Assembly: GCA_039795895.1 (NCBI GenBank)
Contig: JBDKKW010000002.1
Location: 7,347-71,346 of the forward strand
Reading direction: 5' to 3'
Source: Candidatus Parcubacteria bacterium
GTDB lineage: Bacteria > Patescibacteriota > Minisyncoccia > Phycocordibacterales > JBAYGS01
DNA length: 64,000 bases
The stretch's first letter is position 1, and every line of letters begins with the position of its first letter. The notes under the pieces are model-generated. The model ran no database searches. It worked only from the letters and a program-made list of their open reading frames with translations, and was not told the origin of the DNA. The position numbers and the translations under genes are program-made. Of this stretch, positions 9,189 through 18,769 are shown piece after piece.

Positions 9189-10440
9189 CGGTCGACAGTG
9201 AAATATCCACTACCTGATGATGTGGCACTCTGCGCACCTCGCCAGTCTTGCGATTTTTGAGCTCCACCACCCCTTCATTCATCGTCTTTTCAGAGACCAC
9301 GATGCGAAGTGGAATACCGAGTAAATCTGAGTCATTGAATTTCTCTCCTGCACGAGCATCTCGGTCGTCGAGCAAAACACTGGCACCGTTGGCAGTGAGA
9401 TCAGCATAAAAGCGATCAACAGTTTCTTTTACCGGCACCTTGCCGTTGTCGAGCGACACCAAATGAATATCAAACGGAGCCACTTCTTCAGGCCAAATAA
9501 TACCGTTGTCATCTGAAAGTGTCTCCACAATAGTACCGAGCAATCGCCCTGGACCAATACCGTACGAACCCATCACCACCGACTGCTTTGCACCAGCACT
9601 ATCGAGATACGAGAGTTCGAGCGCATCAGAGAATCGTGTGCCGAGATTAAAGATATTTCCCACTTCCACCGCCTTTTCCACTTTGAGTTCGGTCGCGCCA
9701 CACTCAGGACACTTTTTCATTTCAGCAAAGATTTCATCGTTGACCGCAACATGGCATTTTTCACACACATGAATCGTGTCTTCACCCGCAGAGGTAATCG
9801 TCTGAAATTCGTGTGAGTATTTACTAAAACTCCCACCAGAAGCGTAGGTCAAGTAGGTCTTCTCGCCCAATCCTACGCGTGCAAAGATATTTTTGTATGC
9901 GATTTTTACTTTTTCGTAAAACGTTTCGTGTTCAGCTACATCTTTTGAAAACGAATACAAATCTTTCATCAAAAATTCTCGGCCACGCATAATACCACTC
10001 TTGGCGCGAGTCTCATTTCTAAACTTGGTCTGAATTTGGTATGGATAGACTGGCAAATCACGGAACGAGCGGATATGGTCACGCATCAGATTGGTCAACG
10101 GTTCTTCGTGCGTAAAACCAAGTCCAAGCTCGGTATTGTTTTTGAGCGAGGTCTTAAACCAATTGTCTACTTCCTTGTCACTCCACCGGCCAGATTTCTC
10201 CCACACCGCCTTGTCTTGAAGCGCAGTCAAAAAGACTTCCTGACCACCAATCTTATTCATCTCCTCGCGAATAATCACCGTGATCTTGTTCATCACAAGC
10301 ACTCCGAGCGGTAGCAGTGAATATACTCCTGCCATTTCTTTATGAATAAATCCACCGCGAATCAAAAGCTGAGCATTCTTCGACACCTCATCCTTTGGTG
10401 CCTCCCGTCGAGTTTTGGTAAATAGATTTGATTGCTTCAT
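9163..10440 (-). CDS. proS: Prolyl-tRNA synthetase (short form without editing insertion)
   Basis: 425 aa with class II aaRS motifs and a C-terminal anticodon-binding domain. The N-terminus (MKQSNLFTKTRREAPKDEVSKNAQLLIRGGFI) is ProRS-like, and there is an archaeal-type zinc-binding CxxC...CxxC segment. Confidence 0.82.
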   Translation of the reverse strand: MKQSNLFTKTRREAPKDEVSKNAQLLIRGGFIHKEMAGVYSLLPLGVLVMNKITVIIREEMNKIGGQEVFLTALQDKAVWEKSGRWSDKEVDNWFKTSLKNNTELGLGFTHEEPLTNLMRDHIRSFRDLPVYPYQIQTKFRNETRAKSGIMRGREFLMKDLYSFSKDVAEHETFYEKVKIAYKNIFARVGLGEKTYLTYASGGSFSKYSHEFQTITSAGEDTIHVCEKCHVAVNDEIFAEMKKCPECGATELKVEKAVEVGNIFNLGTRFSDALELSYLDSAGAKQSVVMGSYGIGPGRLLGTIVETLSDDNGIIWPEEVAPFDIHLVSLDNGKVPVKETVDRFYADLTANGASVLLDDRDARAGEKFNDSDLLGIPLRIVVSEKTMNEGVVELKNRKTGEVRRVPHHQVVDISLSTGEDSENTA

Positions 10441-10573
10441 GATAGATTTTGAATTAAACGTATGCCAATACTACCTGAAATGCGCGCAAAATACGATACT
10501 TGATTTTTATTGTACAAGAAGGTATGGTTATATCGGACCGTAGGCACACGCCTACTCAAACGAAAGTTGTTCT

Positions 10574-11260
10574 ATGGAAACTCTAACCTTGACCTCGACC
10601 CGCCTGGACAAACCCTCGCTCAAGCACAAACTCAGGAATCTAAGACACTGCTTTGGCAGTGCCACACTCTTTGGATGTTGCTTGTGGTTGCTCACGTGTT
10701 ATATCTTCACTGGTAAACCACTCGAGTACAACTGGTTTTCCCTCATACTCATTGGGCTTTCGACCACATTCCTCTGTCTCAATATTTTCTTCCTCAAGTC
10801 ACCCCCTCAAAACCATGCAATGGTGGCCGAGGACGGAAGAATCGTCATTGATATCAAACGTGGGAATTATGTGCTCTGGCGGTGGGAATATGCTGACCTA
10901 TTGCGCAAAGGCAAACTGATCGGATACACACCCACATTCCAGACGATTGAGACGAAGGTTGGCGGACTCCGATACACAATCGACATCTGGACGAATCAGT
11001 CACTCGAAGAGAGTCTCGCTCTTGAGAAGATACTCAGCTCGCTCAAAGAAGCACGGGTGAGCACCGCACAGGAACTTGTGTTGTGTCACCTGTATGACAT
11101 TCTTGATGAGCACAAGACGGTCATTACTAGCCTCACCAATCCCCTGCGGACCGAGCAACAAGAAGTATTTCGAGCGCTTCTGGCTAGACATCTCAAACCA
11201 CTCCTTGTTGGTACAGGGATATTAGTGGCAACCCAACATGCAAAATTTGATTGGGCGTAG
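10574..11260 (+). CDS. Hypothetical membrane protein
   Basis: 228 aa with hydrophobic segments; followed by a bidirectional terminator. Confidence 0.5.
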   Translation: METLTLTSTRLDKPSLKHKLRNLRHCFGSATLFGCCLWLLTCYIFTGKPLEYNWFSLILIGLSTTFLCLNIFFLKSPPQNHAMVAEDGRIVIDIKRGNYVLWRWEYADLLRKGKLIGYTPTFQTIETKVGGLRYTIDIWTNQSLEESLALEKILSSLKEARVSTAQELVLCHLYDILDEHKTVITSLTNPLRTEQQEVFRALLARHLKPLLVGTGILVATQHAKFDWA

Positions 11261-11307
11261 CCTGATCTCACGCCACTTGAAGCGTTTGCTTCGAGTGGTT
11301 TTCTTTT

Positions 11308-11347
11308 TAAAAGCCCTAGATTTTGCTCTCGCAAAATCTAGGGCTTT
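11308..11347. terminator. Bidirectional rho-independent terminator between convergent genes
   Basis: aaagccctagattttgctctcgcaaaatctagggcttt; perfect 14-bp stem with an A-run and a T-run on either side. Confidence 0.7.
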
Positions 11348-11382
11348 CTTGTCTAGTGTCTGTTGTCTGTGTTCTTTTATCT

Positions 11383-12483
11383 TTATTTAAAAAACTTCAA
11401 GACGTCCTGATACGTAATCACCGCCATAAACACCAGCAGTAAGACAAACCCTGCACCATTGACCCAATTAACCGCCTGAATTGGAAGTCGGCGTCGAATA
11501 ATCGCTTCAATACCGACAAACAAAATCCGTCCGCCATCGAGTGCGGGGAACGGCACGAGATTAAGCAGTGCGAGATTGATAGAAATCATCGCCGTAAAGG
11601 TGAGTAAATGCGTAAAGCCTGCATGTGTGGCTTCTGCTACCAATTTTGCAATACCAACTGGACCTGAGACCGTATTGAAGTCTGCTTTACCCACAAATAG
11701 CGTTTTAAAAAAGTCAGCGAGACCAATCGCGGTATGCTCGACGACCAATCCAGTGTAGATAAACCCCTCAATCGGCGCGCGATACCACGGCACAGTCAGC
11801 TTCCCCACTTCTTCCATCGAAATCCCGAGCGCAAAGCGATCCGGCACAATCCCTTGCACCGCTTTAGTAAGACCCATTTTCAAATCACCTCCGTGCTCAT
11901 ACCACACAGTTATTTCTTTCCCCTTCGACTGTGCGACAGCGTCTCGAATAGCAGACATTCCCTTTTCAGCCAACGTCACCACCTTATTCTGTGTAATCGA
12001 GACCAGTGTGTCACCAGCCACCATCCCGGCTTCACTCGCAGGACTTTTTGGAGCCACTTCAGTGACGAGTATCTTTCGATCAGAAATCATACCTGGACCT
12101 GCATAGTCGGACACCACCATGGTCATCCCGATGCCGAGTGCGGTCGAAAAGAGTACCCAAGCTAAAATAATATTACAGACAATTCCAGCGATCAAAACGC
12201 CGGCCTGAATCCCTCGATTTTTATTTGCAAAACTTCTTGCGCTATCAGGACCGGTGAGTGATTCCTCCTCAGGATTTTCACCAAATATTTTTACATAACC
12301 CCCAAGTGGCAATAGATTAAGAGCGTAAGTTGTCTCTCCGCGCTTCCAACTGAATACTTTTGGTGGAAAACCAATTGCGAACTCGTCCACTCGAATACCA
12401 AAGAATTTGGCAACGGAGAAATGTCCGAACTCATGGACAAAGACCAGCAGTGACAAAACCAATAGAAAAATAATGATGGACAT
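11383..12483 (-). CDS. rseP: Site-2 zinc metalloprotease RseP (M50 family) with PDZ domain
   Basis: HEFGHF zinc-binding motif in the first transmembrane segment; 366 aa polytopic protein. Confidence 0.85.
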   Translation of the reverse strand: MSIIIFLLVLSLLVFVHEFGHFSVAKFFGIRVDEFAIGFPPKVFSWKRGETTYALNLLPLGGYVKIFGENPEEESLTGPDSARSFANKNRGIQAGVLIAGIVCNIILAWVLFSTALGIGMTMVVSDYAGPGMISDRKILVTEVAPKSPASEAGMVAGDTLVSITQNKVVTLAEKGMSAIRDAVAQSKGKEITVWYEHGGDLKMGLTKAVQGIVPDRFALGISMEEVGKLTVPWYRAPIEGFIYTGLVVEHTAIGLADFFKTLFVGKADFNTVSGPVGIAKLVAEATHAGFTHLLTFTAMISINLALLNLVPFPALDGGRILFVGIEAIIRRRLPIQAVNWVNGAGFVLLLVFMAVITYQDVLKFFK

Positions 12484-12553
12484 TGGGGAAGATATTAGTA
12501 GTTAGATGTTAGACATTAGACCCGAAGAAAAACTACAGAAATACACCGCAAAA

Positions 12554-13106
12554 CTAACTCATAATATCCTTCTCTTTTTTCTCGGCGATACCAAGAAGGC
12601 GTGCGTTGGTCTCATCAACCAACTTCTGCATATCATTTTTGAGACGGAACTTTTCATCCTCTCCCATCCCACCTTCCTTTTCCTTTGCTTGAATATCAGT
12701 CCAAGTCTTGTCGCGTTCTTTGCGGACGGTCACCTTACCATCTTCGAGTTTACCTTTGACCACTTTTACAAAATCGCCTTTGCGCTCAGTCGTGAGCTCA
12801 GGGAAAATGACGCGCAAGCCTTTGTCATCAGAAGATACAGACACACCAAGGTTTGAGGTGGTTAGTGCTTTTTCGATTGCCTTCACCTGAGACATATCCC
12901 ACGGGGTGATACGAATAGTACGAGGGTCCTCAACAGACACTCCAGCGACTTGTGGAATCGAAAGCATTGAGCCGTATGACTCGACTGAGACTTGGTCGAG
13001 AAGTGTAGGAGAAGCGCGAGAAGTACGAATTTGCTGGCACTCCTTTTTGAGCCACTCTTCTACATTTTTTAAACTATCTTTAAATGGGGTGAAATTATAG
13101 GGCATA
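12554..13106 (-). CDS. frr: Ribosome recycling factor
   Basis: 184 aa from MPYNF (start at 13106). The ORF-track extension to 13240 is unlikely to be translated. Confidence 0.88.
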
Positions 13107-13146
13107 CATATGTAATTACCTAGTAAGCATAACAGAAAATATTCAT

Positions 13147-14595
13147 TTAACAACCAACTCCCTCCGCACTCGAACCCTTTTTGTACACAACAATTGGAAG
13201 TTTTGAAAGTTCTGCTCGGGCTTTTTCGACAAACTGCCAACTTGCGAGTACTTCTTTGATACTCACAAAGCGTGTCTGGTCGCCGAGAATTGCATCAAAA
13301 TAAATTCGTTCGTACGCATCACGAATCGGGTGCGTAGTGTCCTCACTATAATTAAACGCAAGTTTTTTGGGCAACACGTCGTGCGTAAATCCTGGGCGCT
13401 TTACCCAAAACACTGTCGAGATACCTTCGTTTGGCTGAATCCGAAACGTAAGCACATTTTGACAATACGATTCTCCCGACTCATCAATCACGCAAAACTT
13501 TTGATCCTCAGTTTTAAAATACAATTTAATATCCACCACCGACTCAGCCACAGCCTTCCCTGCTTCAAGAATCAATGGAACATTTTTGAATCGGCCAGAG
13601 TCCATTTTGGCGATTACCCGCACAAATGTTTCGGTGGTCGAAAGTGAGGCGACGCCAGGAGTAGCGAGATACCCTTCGTATTGAGCTCGCACCATCTGTT
13701 TGCCGTGCGTATCAGCACGACGATTGCCGAGCGCGAGCGAAAGCGCCCCGAGCGCTTTCGCTCGCGCCTCCCGCACCGCCTTCGCCGTCGTCTTTTTTGG
13801 CTCATCCATGACAATATGTGCCAGCATTTGCAAGACATGGTTTTGCACCACATCAGACAGCGCCCCCACTCCATCATAAAACGCACCGCGAGTACTCACG
13901 TCGGTCTTCTCAAGTAGTCGACACTCAATCCGCTCGATATGAGTATGATTCCACAAAGACTCAAACAAACTATTAGCGAAACGAAAGGCGACAATATTTT
14001 GCAAAGCTTCTTTCCCTAAATAGTGGTCAATTAAAAACAAATCAGCATCTTCTCGTACTGCCGTCGCTGTGCGGTACAAATCTTTTGCGGTACCCACATT
14101 TGCCCCAAACGGCTTCTCGATCATAAAGCGTACAGTTCCAGAAATCGGAGTACTCTTTGCCGAAAAGCCCGCAAGCTGATACTGCTTCAAAATGGTTGGG
14201 TAGAGCGCTGGTGGCACCGAAAGATTGATCAGGGTGACCGCAGATACATCGCCGATCTGAGCAAAATTGATTCTGTCCGCAAGTGTCCTGTATGACGCTG
14301 TATCATCAAACTGCCCTTGGTAATACCACGCACTTTTTACAAACTGAGAAACTTTCTCAGCTGGTTCATTGGGAAACTTTTTAACGACAGCATTTCGCAC
14401 CAATTCAGCAAACTGTGCTTCGGAGTATTCTTTCCGTGAAAAACCGATCAACGAAAAAGTCTTGGGTAATTCTCCTGCTCGATACAACCCATAAAGTGCT
14501 GGCACCAACTTCGCTTGTGCCAAATCTCCGGTAATTCCCATAATCACGACCGTAAGACGGGTTGGTTTTTGAGCTATGATTTTTGAAAGTGACAT
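13147..14595 (-). CDS. zwf: Glucose-6-phosphate 1-dehydrogenase
   Basis: N-terminal GITGDLA dinucleotide-binding motif, EKPFG, and the G6PD signature IDHYLGKE. Likely start is MSLSK at 14595. Confidence 0.85.
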   Translation of the reverse strand: MSLSKIIAQKPTRLTVVIMGITGDLAQAKLVPALYGLYRAGELPKTFSLIGFSRKEYSEAQFAELVRNAVVKKFPNEPAEKVSQFVKSAWYYQGQFDDTASYRTLADRINFAQIGDVSAVTLINLSVPPALYPTILKQYQLAGFSAKSTPISGTVRFMIEKPFGANVGTAKDLYRTATAVREDADLFLIDHYLGKEALQNIVAFRFANSLFESLWNHTHIERIECRLLEKTDVSTRGAFYDGVGALSDVVQNHVLQMLAHIVMDEPKKTTAKAVREARAKALGALSLALGNRRADTHGKQMVRAQYEGYLATPGVASLSTTETFVRVIAKMDSGRFKNVPLILEAGKAVAESVVDIKLYFKTEDQKFCVIDESGESYCQNVLTFRIQPNEGISTVFWVKRPGFTHDVLPKKLAFNYSEDTTHPIRDAYERIYFDAILGDQTRFVSIKEVLASWQFVEKARAELSKLPIVVYKKGSSAEGVGC

Positions 14596-14702
14596 ACCAG
14601 AAAGTATATAGTAAAAAGTGTTAAGTAAAAAGCTTAAAGAATCCAAAGAAAAAACCGCGAAGTCTCGAAAGACTTCGCGGCGAGAATGATTCAACACTCG
14701 AA

Positions 14703-15422
14703 TCATTCGCCGACACCTGTCAGCCACCCGGCAGACACTGTGCCCTGCGACTTGATCGACTTGATCAGGGCAGGACTGAGCAAGCCACGCGCAAGACCCT
14801 GATCAAACTCGGCATCTGTGATGCGAGCCGAGACGATACCCGAAGCAGTGATCAATTTGACCTCCACCTCGCGAGCCTTCAGAGCGCGAATCTTGACCGC
14901 CACACACGAATCAGGCTGGTGGCGATTGAAACCGATTGCCAACAACACTCCGGAAGGAATGGCGGGTTTGACCGTGCCATTACTCGCCGTAGATACCACC
15001 TTGCACGCCTCATGTGACTTAAAAAGGCCGAGGATGGTCCCAGGGTCACCCATGATGGTCGCAAACACAATGTGTTCGCAATCACCATTTGACGCCGAGA
15101 TCAGTGACAATGCTTGAGGATGATGTCCATCCAGACGGACACCACCACGAGCCAACGGCACCTGCTGAACCACAAACTGATCCGGAGAGACACTTCCCTC
15201 TTCCGGCTGAGTTTTGCGCTTGGGCTGAGCATTCACAACTTGTCTGAATGCCCGCGACAACCCGTCGAAACCGGCAGTCACCATCATGGTGCGAGCCGTG
15301 GGTTTGATTTTTCCCGAGACCACCAGCTCACCCTCACTCATCCCCACCATCAGCGGAGAAATGTCGTTGTGGGAGAACCGCCTTGGAGCAACTAGCGTTA
15401 TCATAACTGTGCACTCTACCAA
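14703..15422 (-). CDS. Hypothetical protein in a GC-rich segment
   Basis: 239-aa ORF whose GC content is clearly higher than its neighbours. No motif identified. Confidence 0.5.
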   Translation of the reverse strand: MVECTVMITLVAPRRFSHNDISPLMVGMSEGELVVSGKIKPTARTMMVTAGFDGLSRAFRQVVNAQPKRKTQPEEGSVSPDQFVVQQVPLARGGVRLDGHHPQALSLISASNGDCEHIVFATIMGDPGTILGLFKSHEACKVVSTASNGTVKPAIPSGVLLAIGFNRHQPDSCVAVKIRALKAREVEVKLITASGIVSARITDAEFDQGLARGLLSPALIKSIKSQGTVSAGWLTGVGE

Positions 15423-15810
15423 CTATCAACATCCGAAAAGAAGTCTCAGAGCAAACACCTTCCTTGAGGCGTCTACTCACATCCTTCCGTGTCGATAGCC
15501 ACTTGGAATACAAGTAGCAGGCAGGAAACCTCGAGGACCGAGTCGTACTGCACGCTACTTGTATTGCCGATAACAAGTTCAGAACTTTCCCAATTGGATG
15601 CAACAAAATGACCCAGTAGGTGATTGTACTCAATCAAGTGCGCCGATTGGGAAAGTTATTTAAAAGAACGGTCCTGGTTACTCAGCTTACGCCGATGCCA
15701 AAATTTGTCAAACCGCCTATCTTGTGGGTTATACACAGCCCCCTATCAAAGCCTGCTACCGGAGAGTATACTTTGGGTAGTTATTAGTAATAGATAATTA
15801 AAATACATAT

Positions 15811-16206
15811 ATGCAAAAAACAGTGAGTATTGTGTTGGGAGTAGTGTTTGTAGTGGTGGCGATCTTGGGAATGATCGGTACACCGATCGTTGGTCATGCC
15901 GGAGCGTCATATTTTATGACCAACACTGCACATGACATTGTGCACCTCGTACTTGGTCTCGTGCTTCTTTTTGTGGCACTCAAGAAGACCAGTGCACTTG
16001 GAGTTACCTTGAAGACGGTTGGCATACTCTACCTTCTCGTGGCAGCGTTTGGCTTTGCTACAGTTGAGACCGTATCAAATACTGGCTCAATCCTCGGTTT
16101 GGTAGATGTAAATACCGCCGACAACTGGCTCCATGTGGTGCTTGGTGTGGTGATTTTGGGACTTGGCCTTTGCCACTGCTCAAAGAGCGAGTCTGCGACG
16201 ATGTAA
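15811..16206 (+). CDS. Small membrane protein (DUF4383-like, His-containing transmembrane repeats)
   Basis: 131 aa with 3-4 transmembrane helices; followed by a terminator at 16245-16280. Confidence 0.5.
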   Translation: MQKTVSIVLGVVFVVVAILGMIGTPIVGHAGASYFMTNTAHDIVHLVLGLVLLFVALKKTSALGVTLKTVGILYLLVAAFGFATVETVSNTGSILGLVDVNTADNWLHVVLGVVILGLGLCHCSKSESATM

Positions 16207-16244
16207 GTGAAAGAATAGAGTAGGAGAATAACAAAATAATAAAA

Positions 16245-16280
16245 GAGTAAAACAGCGCGCCGTACTCGGCGCGCTGTTTT
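16245..16280 (+). terminator. Rho-independent terminator
   Basis: aaaacagcgcgccgtactcggcgcgctgtttt. Confidence 0.65.
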
Positions 16281-16299
16281 CTTATCCCGTGTTTCAATA

Positions 16300-16335
16300 T
16301 AAAAACCGGCACCAAAAGATATTGGTGCCGGTGAA
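16300..16335 (-). terminator. Rho-independent terminator for the minus-strand gene 16337-16900
   Basis: aaaaaccggcaccaaaagatattggtgccggtg hairpin. Confidence 0.6.
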
Positions 16336-16336
16336 T

Positions 16337-16900
16337 TTAAGGATTCCACGGGTCCCTTCTCGGATCCTCACACATCTCCCATTTACCAGAGACATCCTGT
16401 CGCTGGAAATGGAACTTGTGAGTAATCTCTCCGTAAGTCATCTTTTTCGGAAACGGATCCTTCTCTTTGACCCACGGGATCGGATGCTTCGCCTGCAAAG
16501 CTTCGAGTCGCATTGGTTCACACACCACTTCGTCTGTCGTGGTACGACGCCCACCCTCAAACACAGACATCACGACGCGATAGAGTGTATCGGAAGAGAC
16601 TCCTGCGAGACCTAGAGCTTTGTCGTATTCGTCGGCAAATCCCCACGGCTGAGCAATTGGGCCCCGGTTATTGCGATTCATCCGAAACCGAATAGATTCT
16701 CCGAGAATCGGTATACGCCCAACAAGAGGCTTTCCAAAGACCACCACCCCGCTACGACACTCGATATGGTGTCCATCTCGCCCACTAAAATAAATATCGT
16801 AGGGCAACGCAATGTCCGGCTCATAGTGAGCAAAGCAGTAGAAATAGCCACTGCCAGACGGTGGCATTTTTGGCACCGCAACAACTTTTGCAATTTCCAT
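16337..16900 (-). CDS. Hypothetical protein (188 aa) downstream of tRNA-Ala
   Basis: The ORF-track N-terminus (to 17107) is a read-through of the tRNA gene. The likely start is MEIAKVV at 16900. No recognised motif. Confidence 0.5.
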   Translation of the reverse strand: MEIAKVVAVPKMPPSGSGYFYCFAHYEPDIALPYDIYFSGRDGHHIECRSGVVVFGKPLVGRIPILGESIRFRMNRNNRGPIAQPWGFADEYDKALGLAGVSSDTLYRVVMSVFEGGRRTTTDEVVCEPMRLEALQAKHPIPWVKEKDPFPKKMTYGEITHKFHFQRQDVSGKWEMCEDPRRDPWNP

Positions 16901-16997
16901 AAGAACAATCCCCCTTTCTGTCACAGCGTGACCTGGTTGGTTTCTGGCACTACTGTATAGGTTTTGGAGAGGAATGCAAGGAAAAAATTCAATCGGG

Positions 16998-17070
16998 TGG
17001 ACCATACCGGATTCGAACCGGTTGCCTCTTCCATGCCATGGAAGCGCTCTACCAAGTGAGCTAATGGCCC
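16998..17070 (-). tRNA. tRNA-Ala (anticodon GGC)
   Basis: Cloverleaf reconstructed by hand: acceptor GGGCCAT/ATGGTCC with the G3:U70 Ala identity pair, anticodon loop ATGGCAT, and T-arm GGTTCGAATCC. CCA is not encoded. Confidence 0.85.
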
Positions 17071-17150
17071 GTGTGACATATTGTACTTGAAAACAGTGAC
17101 CAAACAACTAGTTGCTTTTTAGTTTAAATCAGGTAAGATACTTTGGTATT

Positions 17151-17223
17151 GGGCCCTTAGCTCATCTGGTAGAGCACCTCATTTGCAATGAGGGGGTGGC
17201 AGGTTCGAGTCCTGTAGGGTCCA
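17151..17223 (+). tRNA. tRNA-Ala (anticodon TGC)
   Basis: GGGCCCTTAGCTCATCTGGTAGAGCACCTCATTTGCAATGAGG...GGTTCGAGTCC...AGGGTCCA; G3:U70 present; divergent from the GGC isoacceptor 80 nt away. Confidence 0.85.
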
Positions 17224-17231
17224 CCGAACAG

Positions 17232-17259
17232 AAAAAATCTCCACTGCTGGAGATTTTTT
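17232..17259. terminator. Bidirectional terminator after tRNA-Ala(TGC), also able to terminate the minus-strand RT operon
   Basis: aaaaaatctccactgctggagatttttt. Confidence 0.65.
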
Positions 17260-17490
17260 CGTATGTGTGGAAAGCGCAGGTATATTCTTTCAGCAGAAAA
17301 AATACCGAGCTGGGGTCGCGAGCACTTACGTATTTTGTCGGCTTTTGCGACAAAATACTTAGTGACTCGTGATACACGATAAATAGTAAAAGCGTACTCG
17401 CGGTTCCATATAAAAGTCGCGGGAGAGATTCCTGTAGTGTCTTGGATTTAAATCAAAGGCACCTGACCCCCTTGTCGAGGAAGTTCCGGA

Positions 17491-18453
17491 CTAAAGACCT
17501 GAAATTTCCCGGAGTTTACTCCATTCCTCGAATAGGCTTCTTTTGTCTGGCCGTAGTCCCACATAATGACTTATCTGTCCCGACACTCTATCAACAACCT
17601 GTCCAAGTGTAAGATTTGGGTAATGCTGTCTCCTAAAATCCCTAATACCGATAATTCCACAGATGTATACCGCCTTTTCTACCTCTTCTCTTTTTTGCTT
17701 GATGAGATTTGGCTTTTTATTTACGACAGTCTTTGTCACCGTCTGCCTTTCTGATTGATTGACGGGATTGTCTTCATCTTTATGCACAGTAAAACCATCT
17801 CTTTCAAAGAGTTTCTTTATGTAGTTACAGATTGAAGCATTGATGGTGCTATTACCAGACACAGTAAGATCGTCGATCCAAAAACTATGTTTGAATCCAA
17901 ACTTTTTCAAGAATCCCTGGAGCCTTCTGTCCGTTTTGCCCAAAACTAAAACTGAAACGAGTGGACTTGTTTTGAAACCTTGTGGCAAGTGACCTTCTGC
18001 AGTGACCAAATCTCTGATCATGTTCGCAACATCAGGCTGACATCCCAGATCTCGGAAAGTAAAGAATACTTTCTCTGGTTTTACAGAGGGAAAGAATCTC
18101 TTTATGTCGAATACGGCAATGTTCTTTTTATTACTATGGATTTGTGCGTGAGAAGACAGGGAACGACCTTTTATCGCACCTTGAAACTGAACCGGAATGT
18201 CGAGCCGATATAATAAATTCTTGAGAAGTTTAGCGTGTATAGCCTCAAGTTCCGGACTTGCTTGATAGAAGTCTCTCGACTTTCCTTTTTTATCCTGCCA
18301 TGTTCGCTTGGTGTAATGTTTATCTTTTTCTTTTAGTATTGCTTCGATAACGTCCAAAGGAACCCCGATCTGGTGGGCTAATTCTTTTGTTCTATTTATC
18401 TTCAATGATTCAAGCGTTTTTTTCATCAGCAAGAAGCATTGTTTCAAACTCAC
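17491..18453 (-). CDS. Reverse transcriptase, retron-type
   Basis: 320 aa. RT motifs run in the expected order: FDIKRFFPSV (motif 2/A), LPQGFKTSPLVS (QGxxxSP), and FWIDDLTVS (YxDD-like, close to the retron Ec86 YADDLTLS). The retron-specific block KGRSLSSHAQIH matches GxSxxxNAxxH, and a VTK(TVVN) stretch sits where the retron VTG motif lies. Confidence 0.85.
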   Translation of the reverse strand: MSLKQCFLLMKKTLESLKINRTKELAHQIGVPLDVIEAILKEKDKHYTKRTWQDKKGKSRDFYQASPELEAIHAKLLKNLLYRLDIPVQFQGAIKGRSLSSHAQIHSNKKNIAVFDIKRFFPSVKPEKVFFTFRDLGCQPDVANMIRDLVTAEGHLPQGFKTSPLVSVLVLGKTDRRLQGFLKKFGFKHSFWIDDLTVSGNSTINASICNYIKKLFERDGFTVHKDEDNPVNQSERQTVTKTVVNKKPNLIKQKREEVEKAVYICGIIGIRDFRRQHYPNLTLGQVVDRVSGQISHYVGLRPDKRSLFEEWSKLREISGL

Positions 18454-18736
18454 TCACAATATCATTCAACTTCTTGCGAACAATTTTGTCGTTTCTAGTT
18501 TTTCCATGAGGAATAAGAATATCTTTTGCCAAAATTAGGATAGGAAAATCGTACTCCTTTGATATTTTCTTGAGAAGAGGCATTCCTGGTTTCTTTGCTC
18601 CATTCTCAATAAGAGAAATGTAGTTAGCAGAAACACCAAGACTCTTCGCAATTTGTTCTTGCGACAAGCCTTGTTTAATTCTTATTTTTTTAATTGTGTT
18701 TCCGATTTCTTTCATAAACGTCTTGATAACTGGCAC
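18410..18736 (-). CDS. XRE-family helix-turn-helix protein, translationally coupled to the RT
   Basis: QGLSQEQIAKSLGVSANYISLIENG helix-turn-helix. The 3' end overlaps the RT start by 44 nt. Confidence 0.8.
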   Translation of the reverse strand: MPVIKTFMKEIGNTIKKIRIKQGLSQEQIAKSLGVSANYISLIENGAKKPGMPLLKKISKEYDFPILILAKDILIPHGKTRNDKIVRKKLNDIVSEFETMLLADEKNA

Positions 18737-18769
18737 CGAAAATTACCGATAATTCAGTTGCTTTCGGTG

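Noticed and set aside
12484-12553. Assigning the TGTCT repeat upstream of rseP as a promoter
   Set aside because: The same repeat also occurs downstream of genes and next to terminators in both orientations, so a specific promoter role is not supported.
16921-17372. ORF-track proteins 16921-17103(-), 17112-17372(+) and 17162-17377(-)
   Set aside because: They are translations through the two tRNA-Ala genes (the shared GPLAHLVE peptide comes from the tRNA D and anticodon arms) and the following terminator.
17491-18453. Diversity-generating retroelement (DGR) interpretation of the RT
   Set aside because: The RT has a canonical QGxxxSP motif, not the DGR-type [ILV]GxxxSQ. I found no near-identical template and variable repeat pair within the window. 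Its size and the NAxxH-like and VTG-like regions fit retron RTs better.
17491-18453. Group II intron maturase-RT
   Set aside because: At 320 aa the protein is far too small. It lacks the X/maturase and endonuclease domains and has no flanking intron RNA domains.
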